Below are positions 38,452-52,164 of a DNA stretch of 64,000 nucleotides, piece by piece. Source of the stretch: Rotaria socialis (lineage: Eukaryota); the NCBI GenBank assembly GCA_905331295.1, contig CAJNYD010000214.1:62001-126000 (forward strand), given 5' to 3'. The position numbers and the translations under genes are program-made. Under the pieces are notes generated by a model, which saw nothing but the letters and a program-made list of their open reading frames with translations, searched no databases and had not been told where the DNA came from. The stretch's first letter is position 1; each line of letters starts with the position of its first letter.

Positions 38452-41400
38452 TTTACATTTGATATATGATTTTCTAGCCAACAAAAAATATTTAAGGCAA
38501 ACAAAAATTGACAACATGGTATGCTCCTAATCTCTAAGGATATTGAACAGCAATTAGTTTAGCGAAGCATAATTTATAAGTACATCCATGCGAAAACAAT
38601 CTCAGGGTTACCGATTAATCGAGTGCAAAACAAAATAGACAACACACGATAATTCAAATTTGGTTCTCTTACATTTGTTTATGCAGAAAATAATATAAGA
38701 TATTGAATAGACGTTTGATATATTGAAGAGATATTTCATTTAATGATCACAATCACGAACTAATGGGATACACAGTGCATACATAGTCGATATATGAGTA
38801 ATTCTAATTCAAAAAATAGAAATCATATTTTAACCAGATCAAAATGCATGACTATTTATTCAATAAGTTCGGAATATTTTCTACAAAAATTGCTTTCTTC
38901 AGGTCTTCATAGAAATGTAAGCATCTATCAATTGTTTAATTCTTATTAATTCATATTTATATTAAACCATTCATAGAAATGAATACATCAAGAAAAACTC
39001 TCATAATATTTTTCAAAATTCGATACAATAACATACAGGTCATTTGGGTCTGATAGTATTTTTGCAAGTCTTATATACACTGAACTGCAATGAGGAGTAC
39101 AATCCTATTCACGTATGAGAAGCTTTCAACTTGACTTATCTTCTACTTCAATGTAGAAATATAGAACATATTTTAATGGTTATGTTATAGATTTATTATG
39201 CAACAAAATTGTGAAACTTGTAGAACATGATCAACTTTTTCAATTGCTGACCCACTCTATTGATGTTTATTTTAGTTGAAGAATTCAATGTAAAAAAAGG
39301 CTAACCCCCCACTCCCTTCCGATTGCATCGTACTAGAATATGATTATAAAGCACAATAATTGTTCCTGCATGCCAGAATATTCAATCATAGACTATTTTC
39401 CCATTTGCAGCAATTCAGTATGTATGTTTGATGAATTTCCAAGAACAATTTTTCTTAATTAGTAATAGCAGAAATTTAGATATATTAACTGTTTATTCAT
39501 AATCTGATATGTGATTAATTTTTTCTTCTAGAAACCGGCTAGCGAGTTAATTAATATTTCTTTCGTTAGAGTAATCTCATACATATTTCAATTAATTGTT
39601 CGAATATAAAATTTAGTACTACTAGAAAAAGAGCTGCCAATAAGAATATATTTTTCTATTCGAATTTTCGAACATTTATCTTTGATTAATTAATATTAAA
39701 AGATGAATTACATCATCGAGAAACGAAAGACTTTTGAAAATTAATTGTCAAAGCGACCAATAGATTACAACAAATATTTTATGATGATATTATTAGGAAA
39801 TTCCACGGTTAGAAAGAAGCTTTTCCAAGAACCGGATATGTCACAAACGAACTGTAATTAACTTGAAAAAATAGAGACGTATTAAATAATCAATGCTTCT
39901 TTTGACAATAATTTCATGATATATAGAAATACCGAACTTTGTTCTTTTTTAATCTCGACTAACAACTATTTGAAAAAAAAATAATAATATCAACTTTTAT
40001 CTTTCCGAAGAACAAAGAGCTGAAAACGTCATTTGCAAGTTTCCATGATTGCTAAATACATAGATGGAGATGAGCTGCAACCGCAATCGTTTTGTCATTT
40101 TTACTAGCTACACATCCCAGTCCGAAATCTGATCGAACTAAATGTAAAATTGATTTACTTCAAATGTTTTTCTCTCAGAAATATCTCAATTTCTTCCAAG
40201 TATTATTGACAAAGTCTATAAGCAAAAAACAAAATAGAATCTTTTCGTGAGGGTTGTGATAATAATAAAAAGTGTTACTTTTGAGTCGATCAAGATTTTT
40301 AGCAAAAATTTGGAATACAATTTTAACGGTAGATTTTCATGACATTAGTAAGACATTAAAAGAATGAAAATGTCCTTGAATCGTCAGTTAAATATAAGTT
40401 GATTAAGCATATAAAAAAAGATGAAATTTGCTTCTCGAAAGTATTTCCCATAGGTATCGTTGTCAGTACAACAGAATCCCCGATGAAATGAGCAATTACA
40501 GATATTTAATGAACAATGAACTGTTTATGCATTATGCTTCGAGACAAAGAAAAAAAATGAGGCTTTCATTGCACCGATCAATAATTAAGTTTTTTTACAT
40601 GCGATTTTCTTTAAATGTCCTTCTTTCCTGTTCACTGTATGTCTTTTTCTAGGCGTCCTAAATATCATCCGATGGTTTTATCTTGATTAGCATTATCAAA
40701 TGACATCAATTAAACTTTGGCTTAGTGCATTTTCATATGAACAATCGGAAAATACATTAACTTTTAGAATCATTAATTGACCTACAGAAAATATCTGTCA
40801 CATGTCGGCTACATCATTCGATAATATTTTGATTTCTTAGCTTCATCAAAATGTTTCATATGTTGACCTTTGATTAGCACTGAAATAAATGAAGAATAAC
40901 TGAAATGCCATCGCATTCGAACTATAATTATGAATGTCATAATTGATCATAAGTTCCAGACATATTGACTTATTATATTATTTTATTCTCAACAGGGCAT
41001 TTTTTCAATTTATTTTCATCGCTTATTTTTATGAAAGACTTATCGCCTAGAGCCTAAAATGCTTCAAAATGTCGTTTTTGCAGTCAATCAACTTAAAAAC
41101 AAAATTGTTCAACAAAAGAATCTCTTGTTATTTATTCTCGTTGTTTCGTTAGCTTTTCTCTTTGTTTAGTACTCTTCTCCTACACGTAGTATTCAAAAAT
41201 CTAATTAACTGAACAATGTTCTTGTAATAGTATCACTTGAGACTATTCAATCATTGTTATTAAATTGCAATAAACGAAAATACACAAAACTTTCCACGTT
41301 CACATTGAGCCAAGCACAATTTATATCAGTTTGAAGTTTGTTAATAATTCTACAGTAGAGAATTCAAGCTGCACAGTTCATTAATTTAGAAAAAAAAGAA

Positions 41401-43771
41401 ACTTGACATATACAATATAAAAATTCAATTGATTTGCATGGAGAAAACGGGAGCAATTGTATAGAAGAACAATTTTCGTTCATCACGAAACATATCGATC
41501 TGTATGCATAGCGACATCATAATTTTATCATTGAAACAGTCTCTTGTCTACGGAGATTACAGGTTTTTATCCATTCTCGGGGGAAAACCTGCTCGGTCTT
41601 GTGTATTATGTCACTATACTTTTCGCAAATGTCATTGTTACAATACCTGAAAACATGTATGAGAAAGATTAATTCAATATAGTGCATCGCTGTATAATTA
41701 TTATATTCAAGAAAAAGTCTTTCAACTTAATGAATGTTAAAAAACAAAATGCTTTTAAAAGGTCGAAAACTACTTGATCTAGATCTCAGAGAGTTTTGTC
41801 AATGAATAGAATCAGAATAAGAATTATTATTATCAATTCACGTTACTGTATATATATAGTTTTTTTTTTTATAAAACAATGGAGTGCGGAAATGAATTTG
41901 AAATATTCGACGAATGATTGTGTGGCGCAGTTATTTGAATGTTTCTCACTTGATTGGTTCATTAAACTTGCTAAAAGGATTCGTTGCTAATTACGCAGAA
42001 AGATATAAAAACAGATTTCCAGCTAATGGAAAGATGGCTATTGATGAGAAACGCGTTGAACTATGCCAACGACGAAATACCTATGCTTTAAATATAACAT
42101 TTTTTCTATAAGTTTTTATATTGTTTAATTTTCAAATAGATTTTTAACGTTTTTCAGCATCAATAAGTTCTGCTATTTTGCATATGAAATTACGGTCAAT
42201 ACAATAACATATTCTATTATTTTCTGATTTATGATAAGATATGAGATAAAAATATAATCTAAAATCAAATAGCAAAAGTGCACTTAAATGTTCAACATAT
42301 GACGCATTTGTTTATGATATTATGACAAAATATTTTTATTATCGTCGTACTTCAATGAAGAGATATTGCATATAAAATATATATTTCATAACATTCTAAT
42401 CAGAAAAATGAACGCAAAAATATAGCATAACGTATCTTTTCTTTTTATCACGAAATGTCAAGTATTGTTACTAAAAATATCTTTTTAAAGAAAAGCCGTT
42501 TCGTGTGCTCATAGAATGACAATTGTCAATATAAACAGACATATTTCGACGTTTTGATATGATTAAGCATAACGTACCCGAAGACTCTACTCAAAGTAAT
42601 AGAAGTTCAATGGTGCCAAAGATAATATAAAAATGATCTTTGAATATATATATATTTACTGTTCCGGTAAACAATATCTTTGAGCATAACAATATGGTCA
42701 TCTTCTACAAGTAATAATATTAATAATAAAATATGCTTTCTATGCAATATTTTTTTTAGGTCGAACTATTAATATAGAAAGACCATCACCCGGAAACATC
42801 GATTTCCGTTCATTCTTCTGAATCATTAAACTTTATGCATTCATATTTAATAGATACCTTTCTGGAAAATAATTTTCCGCTTCGATTTCTATTGTTTTCA
42901 TCATTCTCGAAGTACATCCTCAATTGCATATCTAATAGTAAACAAACAATAGCTGTGGAATTTATTTTTGAATAATCTACTTCTGAAATATGTTAACTAC
43001 CGAAGCTTGAAAAGCTTTTATTCCTTAGAAATCGATTACATTTATAAAAAATATTATGTTTCCACATAGCTTATGATAATATCGCATACTATCGTTCAGT
43101 TGAATAATAAATTTTGCCAAGTACGTCCAACATTTTCTTTTTTAAAGAATAGGGTTTTATATTTTCTTCGTGTGAATTCAACTGAAAAGCAATCTAGCTA
43201 CGTTGCATTCACGTATACTTTATCGGACGGGAATTCAAATAACGCAGCCAGATGAATTCTATGAGGCATTGCACCTAAGCCACGACCGTTTTCAGCAGAA
43301 ACTCGCTCAATCTATCAGACGGATTTAGTTTGTATTTTTACAGTAGATACCTACATCGAAGCTAGGAATAAACTCAAAGTTTGATCACGAGCGGATGAGC
43401 CGTACTCGAGATAAACCACTTGATAGCATGAGTACTCAATCAAAATCAGACGTTTTTTTTATTGAAGTACTTTTCAGTATATTTTCATTTTCTCCAAGCT
43501 ACAAGAGATATAGCTGAGACATTTTCACCAAAAATACTATTGATTACGGGCTATCTTTTGGTACCCATAAAACTACCACATCCGGGAATAAAATTGAGTT
43601 GGCACTATATTTCATTTTCAGAAAGCATGTTCACATATTTTGGGTAACATAGTCAGATCAGTGAGATCGTATCCACTGAAAGTAGTCTCATTTGAAAGAG
43701 CACATCAAAATGTATCGAATGATGTTCTCAAAAGTTTCGAAGATTAAATTTTGGCTTAGAAAAAGCCTTAA

Positions 43772-43853
43772 CCCTTTCCGGTCCGGTGTTCCCATATGGC
43801 AACATTTTCCCCTAGGGGGGTACGGCAATTTCCAAACAGCGGGCCGGAAAGGG
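43772..43853. mobile_element. 82-bp piggyBac-like mini-MITE, copy B (in left arm)
   Basis: TTAA flanks; reverse complement of copies A and C. Confidence 0.9.
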
Positions 43854-44552
43854 TTAACATTTTCATCAAAAATTTCCATCTGTAAGAAATTGACTTATCC
43901 GATACTTTGATTGTCTCATCACGAACAGCTAGCGTTTTCGGGAAACTAACTTCATAGTTTGATAGTACTTAAAATTCTCTGCAAATTAATATACGAACAT
44001 CTTGTGTTTCATCCTTTCGTTAAAAATATTCTAGTACAATGATGCTGCCTTTCTCCTCAAATTCGTCGGAATAGAATTTCTGTATTCTTGTTTTTTTCAA
44101 TTTCTCATTCCTGTTGGAATAGAAAACACAAATTAGTTCAAAATCAAATACATAGTGTAATAGAGCGCGACATTTTCTATCATCGTGCACACTAGAAACT
44201 GAATTATGATAAATTAAAAATATCGACTAAGGCTAATTTTTTGGCACAGCGATGCAACAAGCATACACAAATCTTTCAGACAAATTCAATCAGCATGATG
44301 CAATATATGAATTGTTGAATATCTTCAATCTCATAATCATACTCAGACATAAAATATATCGACTTCTTCACAAGATATGAAAAAATTAGCGATCTATAGA
44401 TATAACAGAATGAGATGAAAACATGAGAAGCACGTGAAAAGTCTGCTATTAAATCGAATCGTGTAGTGCTGAGAAACATTTGTCTTTAAATAACTATTGT
44501 TTATATCAAGAAAACTGAATATTGTTTTTCGTGTTTTGAGGTCAATAAAGGT

Positions 44553-45378
44553 AACACGATATTCAAGTTATTCGAGTCAAGATTCGGTCTATGACCTGTG
44601 TTGGGTCTATTTCAGGTTGTATTGAATAGAGAATTTCCTCCTATAGAGATTGGGCATTAAATTCAATGCAGGTCATAGGACAGAAAATGGGATTTATTCA
44701 AGAAATCCTCACGTTTTCCCATTGAACTCCTAATGCATTCAAACTATTATCATCTCGGATTTGCTTTGAGATCTGTTTTGGATTTAAAACTGTCATTAGC
44801 CGATGTAGAATTTCATTTTCTACCGTATGATGTCATTTTAGACGGGATCATCAGCAAAAATGATGAGTCGGGTGGGTACCTGGATGTGGATATATATGGG
44901 TGTGAGTGCGGTGAGGTGTGCGGTCACTATTGATTATTTACTATACTTTCCGACTTATTTCAAAATTTGGGGGCATTGCTTTTTCATTTCCAAGATGAAA
45001 CTGTCTCACCCACGCTCACACTCAGATATATATTCACACCCAGGTATCGACTCAACTCATTATTTTTTGTCTGATGATCCCATCTAAAATGATATCATAC
45101 GGTAGAAAATGAAATTCTACATCGGCTAATGACAGCTTTAGATCCAAAACAGATCTCAAAGCAAATCCGAGATGATAATAGTTTTAATGCATTAGGAGTT
45201 CAATGGGAAAACGTGAGTATTTCTTGAATAAACCCCATTTTCTGCCCGATAACCTTCCCCTCCCCTGAATTTATTTCCACTCGCTAGCGGGAGAAGTTCT
45301 CTATCGAACACGACCTATTGCAGACCAAACACAGATCAGAGAACAAATCGAGACTGAAATTACTAAAAGATTGTGCTC
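44553..45378. mobile_element. ~0.8-kb foldback element nested inside the Sola-like element
   Basis: High-identity inverted arms ~44681..44915 / ~45005..45244; recognisable but degenerate pairing continues outward to ~44553/45378. Confidence 0.75.
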
Positions 45379-45919
45379 ACTCAGCGTGCGTTTTTTGATT
45401 CGTCAGTTGAAGCGGACGTCCAGTAGTGTAGTATATGTTTTAATTTTGATCTATGTTGAAGAAACCGTTGCTTTAAGATTAATAGACTATTTGTGCTCAA
45501 ATTTTGACTATTTCAAATATTTCAGTTAGTATAATTGAACATACGAGTTTTTGTAATTCTAAATGTGTATCATTTCCTTCATAGGACAAGATCTCAATTA
45601 GCATATTATTCTCTTTTTACTATGAAGTCTGTTTTATTCACGAGATTCTATTGGTATCTGTTTACTTAAATCTACAGCCTGTTGGCGAACGCCTGATGTA
45701 GCGATCGAGTGAATATTCTCTACATGATAAAATATCGGTTCTTGCAGTTCTTACACGTCTCAAAGTGGTTGAAAGAACTTATCCTTCCCCGAATCTTTTG
45801 TGTAATATATCTTCTGGCTATAACAATTGATTGTCGGACGCTGTATAATTAGTTAATTTAAAGAATAGTATGGTGCCTTATTAAGTACAAATTGGTGTTA
45901 TTCACAGATTAAACTAAGG

Positions 45920-46393
45920 ATCATACGAAATTTATGAATGCAGTTTAATTCTTGATCGATCAGCACCGTCTATTGATATTAGAAAAGCATTTCTCGCAAA
46001 ACATAAGGTGTCAGCGTCTAGATTTGTCTTGAAACGTCATAATAAAATTCAAGTTTTCGCGTCATTTATTTTTATTCTCTATGAATGTTTTAGGTTGCTT
46101 CTCTAGGTACCGATTTGTGCATAAGATGGAGAGACACTGGTCATTGCTCACATATAGACCATAGCGATTCTTTCCGCATAGTTAAGAAGAGATAAAGAAA
46201 ATCATCATGATACAATTGTGTTGCACAATTCTATTCGATTCAACATCCTGAATAATTTTCATACGGTGATCGTCTTTGTACAATACATCGCATGGAAATG
46301 TAATCAGTGATAGAACTTTAAAAATCAACATGTTAAGAATTGAACCCTTTTTCTGCCGTCAATTTCAATGAAATCGAAGTTTCTAATTCTAGC
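45920..46393 (+). pseudogene. Decayed N-terminal fragment of a putative transposase
   Basis: YECSLILDRS...KH / intron / ..IRWRDTGHCSHIDH...YGDRLCTIHR with stops and frameshifts. It resembles Cys/His-rich N-termini I associate with Sola-type transposases (recall only). Confidence 0.4.
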
Positions 46394-46760
46394 TTTTTAA
46401 TTTATCATAATTCAGTTTCTAGTGTGCACGATGATAGAAAATGTCGCGCTCTATTACACTATGTATTTGATTTTGAACTAATTTGTGTTTTCTATTCCAA
46501 CAGGAATGAGAAATTGAAAAAAACAAGAATACAGAAATTCTATTCCGACGAATTTGAGGAGAAAGGCAGCATCATTGTACTAGAATATTTTTAACGAAAG
46601 GATGAAACACAAGATGTTCGTATATTAATTTGCAGAGAATTTTAAGTACTATCAAACTATGAAGTTAGTTTCCCGAAAACGCTAGCTGTTCGTGATGAGA
46701 CAATCAAAATATCGGATAAGTCAATTTCTTACAGATGGAAATTTTTGATGAAAATGTTAA

Positions 46761-46842
46761 CCCTTTCCGGCCCGCTGTTTGGAAATTGCCGTACCCCCCT
46801 AGGGGAAAATGTTGCCATATGGCAACACCGGACCGGAAAGGG
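46761..46842. mobile_element. 82-bp piggyBac-like mini-MITE, copy C (in right arm)
   Basis: TTAA flanks; differs from copy B at 1 nt and from copy A at 2 nt. Confidence 0.9.
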
Positions 46843-47542
46843 TTAAGGCTTTTTCTAAGCCAAAATTTAATCTTCGAAACTTTTGAGAACATCATTCGAT
46901 ACATTTTGATGTGCTCTTTCAAATGAGACTACTTTCAGTGGATACGATCTCACTGATCTGACTATGATACCCAAAATATGTGAACATGCTTTCTGAAAAT
47001 GAAATATAGTGCCAACTCAATTTTATTCCCGGATGTGGTAGTTTTATGGGTACCAAAAGATAGCCCGTAATCAATAGTATTTTTGGTGAAAATGTCTCAG
47101 CTATATCTCTTGTAGCTTGGAGAAAATGAAAATATACTGAAAAGTACTTCAATAAAAAAAACGTCTGATTTTGATTGAGTACTCATACTATCAAGTGGTT
47201 TATCTCGAGTACGGCTCATCCGTTCGTGATCAAACTTTGGGTTTATTCCTAGCTTCGATGTAGGTATCTACTGTAAAAATACAAACTAAATCGGTGAGAT
47301 CAATTGAGCATTGGTGATCGTGACTTACGTACAATGCCTCCTATAGATCTGTCTAGCATGCTATAAAAAATGATGATACATCAAAAATCATGCCAAGTGA
47401 GGCATCCATACATAGATATGATTGGCATCACTCGGATGAGAGAAACGATAAAAAAGAGAAACGAGCAAGAAGGAAAAAAGAACTCGGAAAAAAATATGTC
47501 ACTAACTTATTCTTGAGTCAGGCATTCATTCATCTCTTTACT

Positions 47543-48193
47543 ATGGCCGAACATGTTGATGCTAATCGGCTTAACAGCGATCTTCGTTGTCGTTTCGAAT
47601 ATTTATCGAAATTTTTAAATTTTACATCGGACGATATTGCGATGCTCAATACATTTGCACCTATTGTTTTTCCTATTATACCTGTCATTGCTGATTCAAT
47701 TTATAGAAAACTATTCTCCTTCGATATAACGAAACATTATTTTGTTGTACGTAATGAAGATTTTGAAGGATCTTCACCAAAAACTAATTGTGGTCTTACA
47801 TTAGAATCACCTCAAATGGAACTAAGAAAAGATATGTTAAGTATGTATTTAAAACGTGTGTTAACGCAACGTGATTGGAATGACACATTTCTTCAATTTT
47901 TATCTCATATTGGAAAAATACATACAAATCTAGCGGGTTCAGCGTCGATCAATGTTGATTATACTCATATTAATGCATTACTTGGCTATTTAGAACATTT
48001 ACTAATCGACGTTTTATGTAATGCAGACAAGGTCGATGAGAAAAGTAAACGTGGAATGTTAATGGCAATAAATAAACTTTTTTGGATACAGAATGATTTT
48101 TTTACAATGCATTATCTTATTTCAGTTAATGATAAATCAAAATCTGTTAAAACACCACCATCGACAAAAAAACCAAAATGTTGTTGGATATAA
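47543..48193 (+). CDS. Protoglobin-type globin, copy 3, with basic C-terminal tail ending CCWI
   Basis: Start set at MAEHVD (47543) by paralog alignment; IYRKLFSFDITKHYF, RKDMLSMYL, IGKIH, NKLFWIQNDFF. Confidence 0.9.
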   Translation: MAEHVDANRLNSDLRCRFEYLSKFLNFTSDDIAMLNTFAPIVFPIIPVIADSIYRKLFSFDITKHYFVVRNEDFEGSSPKTNCGLTLESPQMELRKDMLSMYLKRVLTQRDWNDTFLQFLSHIGKIHTNLAGSASINVDYTHINALLGYLEHLLIDVLCNADKVDEKSKRGMLMAINKLFWIQNDFFTMHYLISVNDKSKSVKTPPSTKKPKCCWI

Positions 48194-49230
48194 TTATAAA
48201 TAAACAGAGAAATAAAAATTAAAAGAAGAAAAAGAAATAATAAATATTTTTGTCCAGCGGGAGCGATACTCATTTATTACAAAACGATTTGTTGCCGAGT
48301 TTAATACAATTCCGAAAAATGAATAAAATTATCTTTTGAAATATTTTAATAGTTTTCCTATTGTGTAAACCATAAGTTTCCTTTTTTTATTGAAAGCAAT
48401 ATTTTTGCTAAATCGTCCGATAGATTCTCCTTCGGAATATATATATAATTATATATAAATTACTATACGCCTTTCTCATGTTTCAATCTTTATCCTTACT
48501 TTACGATAAGTGCTGCTTAATGAGTCGTTATTTCTTTATCATACACATTCTATATGTTATACAAAGAAATAAGTATTCATCGAGCACATCACGAACAATG
48601 CTTTGAGAAGAAGAGCTATTGAGTATAAGCTAAAACATTTTTCGCTTCTTTTGTCCTTTATTTTTCATTTGTTGAACGACATTAATTAGTTCAACGCCGT
48701 AAGACATCAAAATACAGGCTTACGTTTTACTACCTATAGAATTTGTCATATTTATCTTGCATACGTTCACAGTAGGACTATAACAGGGTACTTCAGCATC
48801 TCACCACTTGAGAATAAAAATTGTAAATGTGGGCTTTTAGTTCTCAAGAATTTCTTTCTCATACTTCAACTTCTTTTTCATCATTGTTTTCTTAAATAAA
48901 GTGTTCCTCATATTTAAATAAAAAAAATGAGTTTTAATTGAATTTTGTTTTATATATCCAAGAAAAATAAAAAAGAACGGATTAATTTTCTTTTCTTGAT
49001 TCGTAGGTATTCATCCTTCTAGTAATATATGAATCAAGCCACATTTATTACTAAAATTTTGTTTCTGGTGTAAAAACCATATCTTACGAATGAATCTATA
49101 GGTTTCAAAATGTGTTTTGTTATGATATCCGTATATAGCAGACTACTTGAAAAGTATTCAAGCACTTCATTAAAAAAGCTGTAGACTTTGATCAAAGCAA
49201 TTAGCATAGTTAAAAATAATTTATATCATG

Positions 49231-49766
49231 AAATAAATGTGGAAACTTCGGATTTCATCCGAAAGTTATGTGTACTGCAAAAAGTGCATGGGATGTATGA
49301 GTCATTCTAGAATGTCTGAACACCAAAATTATCATGAGAAACTAGGCAATTTGATTTCTGGATGCAGTTTTTGTGCATTTTGAGACGTTTTTCAGGCGAT
49401 GTTTCATCAGAAAGCTACGATTTAGCTCAAAACTAATATCAGATTCGGAATCAGCGTTAAAAACTGAGTCGATTTATATATGTTGTGAATAATTCTGAGA
49501 AAGATTTATTTTTTGAAAAACAATTCCCTGTACTCCTCCTCAGGGATGGCCTGGTCAAAAATGACAATTTTTTCGATAACTCAACCATTTCTTGAGGGAT
49601 TCTTCTCATCTTCGAACTCGACCGAGATATTCATGAGATTGAACTGTGTGGAAAATTTCATCACGGTCTGACTCTCCTTTCGCAAGTTATCGTGCCTACG
49701 ACCGAACGGACGGCCGGACACACTGACCGATTCTAGAGTGTACTCACTTTTTGAGTACACAAAAAA
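49231..49766 (-). mobile_element. DINE-1/HINE-like non-autonomous Helentron of a different family
   Basis: Hairpin gtgtactca-ctttt-tgagtacac (49738..49760) beside a cggacggccggaca microsatellite-like tract. The other end has hairpin acttcggatttcatccgaaagt plus subTIR gtgtactgcaaaaagtg. Confidence 0.65.
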
Positions 49767-52164
49767 CAGAGCAACAGTTTTGTTTTCTTCATAAATTTAC
49801 TTCAAATAAACAAAACATATGATTGATATTCATCCCAATGCATTAATCGTGACAAAAAAAGTGTTTTTACTTCTAGGCAGTATTTTATAAACACTAAGTG
49901 CGAAGCTCATTATTTATGTTCGAGACATAATAATTAGTGAAATAACGTCATTTGGCTATATTTGATCGATTAGAAATGTCATTCAACTAGTTCAAGGACA
50001 GTTTTTTCTATTTATTTATCAGGATAATAAATAAGCATAACATTATACGATTGCAGTTATTGCACATCGAGTTTGTTATGTTTTCACATTGAATTTTATC
50101 AATATTCAATGAAGCAAATATGTAACTAAAGATAAAATAATCGGCTACATAGAATAATTTGATTTCCTTTATTTTAATAATAGCGATTCGATGGTTTAGG
50201 AATATTTTATGAATTCTCCACTATAAAAATTGCTTTCTTGTTCTGTATAATGATGACAACATTGCTCCTATGTTACATTAATCATTAGAACCTGAATACT
50301 TGGTCTTTTTGTCTGTTGCATCTATCTTGAAATACATACTTCATAAATCAGTATTGTTTCTGCGCAATGAAACATTCTTGGTTTTTCTCCTTCCAATTGA
50401 TGAGATGTATTCATTTAAAGAATGCCAGAATATATCTACAAAATAACAATATCGTTTTAAGCAGACAAATATTTACTTATAGTAAATGATGGGAATTCGA
50501 TTCTTGAAATTTAAAATGCTTGCAAGAGTGAAATGTCGCGTCAATTAGTTCAACGCTTTTTAGAAATAAAAAATAAAGTCCTTGCGACATAGAAATCTTG
50601 ATTTCTTTTAGTCTAGTTGCGTTTCAAAAGGAAAATTATTTTATCTTATGTTCCTATTCTTCGAATCATTTGTCGTAATTTGAATGAAAAATGCAAAAGA
50701 AATACTGTCTGGGGGATTCGTCTTTTTAATCGTTGATAATTGACTTTTCTTCGAACGACCGATTTGATGTATTATCGAATTACTTATATTTTAAGCAGAC
50801 CGAAACTATGTGCTGTTGATGTTGTTGTTATGATGAAAACTAACAGTAAAGAAAACATAGATTTTGATTATCGCATTGATTTTATAGCATTAACAATTTC
50901 TACAGGATTAAAGATAAATTTTTTATGTTGTTGTGCTCAAGGATTTTATATTTGAGTTATTTATAGAACATCGGTCTTAAAGGCAAAATTTGAGTTTTCT
51001 GAAGAATATTTTCTAACCCCCGTGCATAATTTTCTTACATGAAATTTGTAAAAATAGCAGCAAACAGAAATAACATTTTCTCTTATTTGCAATTCAAAAT
51101 TCATTCATCTATGATAATTAAAAGATATTTATTCTTGATAAACAAAAATTATAAATTAATAGGAAGAAAAGAAATGTTATAAAAATAGACAAAATCTATC
51201 GTGAGATAGATAAGTTGATTTTTGTTTGAGAAAAATCTGATATTTATTGAGTGTTGGATAGAACCGGTCGATTATTGAACTAGAATTGAGGATTTTGTTA
51301 TTTTTAAGAAAATGTTAGCTTTCTTTTGACAGTATCCAAAGGAAAATGGATTCTGATTTAGTTGGCCATAAATAATAATAACTTTTCACTATTGAGACAG
51401 AAGGATCGTGGTCTCTTCATCTTCCTTAGGTCGCTCGGGGACCTGTTAAAAGGAAAAACATACCCATACAAATGAAAACTCGCATTTTCTTTTAGCTACG
51501 CGCATTGATTTGAATGTTTTACATATATTGGATAACACGTTGGCCTTCAAAACTTCATTGTCAATTAATTGCTACAAATCAAAATATATAAGAGAATCGA
51601 ATTTTTGACTCCTATAAAATATTTCTCGATCGTATCTCTCATAAGCATAAATCTCTTCAATTCATAGAACTGATCTTCTACGTTAGTTATCAATGATGGA
51701 TTTTTCGCATAAAAAAAAATAGAACAGATTTTAAGTCAGAAACTCAATATGTCTGCGAATATTTGTTACTGATTAAGAATTTCTTTCTTCTTCTTGCTGG
51801 GTGCAAGAATAGGCTACAATGAGTTTCTTTTTGCCATATCCTATAAAAAGAATTCGCTTTACAACAGAATGGGGCATTATTAGTCTTTGTCATGAAAAGA
51901 GATGATATTGTTTCTTGAACGGAAATGGAAGTGACGAACAAGTAGCTTGATTGTTGTTTATTAGGTCACATATTTACGTTTATATAAAAAAAAAAAAAGA
52001 AAGAATAGAATGTCGTGTTTCGAATGGTAATAATATTATCTAACCAGATTGGTTTATTTTAATCTGAGAAGAACAGAACAACAAAAAGCGAAGAAAAATA
52101 GTCAGGAAATAGCAAAAGTTAACAACACAACTCACACGACAGTGCTTGCATATATGATCGCACA

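Larger units (their letters stand above)
43263..47340. mobile_element. 4.08-kb Sola-like DNA transposon derivative with ~950-bp TIRs
   Basis: Arms 43263..44220 and 46394..47340 are inverted copies; GAG..CTC termini; 4-bp TSD ctat (43259..43262, 47341..47344); decayed Cys/His-rich coding remnant inside. Long TIRs, GAG/CTC ends and 4-bp TSDs are the described Sola2/3 features. Confidence 0.78.

Noticed and set aside
43462..47152. Mirror-image ORF pairs (43462/46919, 43688/46735, 43692/46704) and ORF 34478
   Set aside because: They arise from the inverted arms and the 82-bp MITE; no recognisable protein features.
47390..47542. 51-aa N-terminal extension of globin copy 3 in the ORF track
   Set aside because: Paralogs start at MAEH (47543). 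The extension is A-rich UTR-like sequence with no counterpart in other copies.
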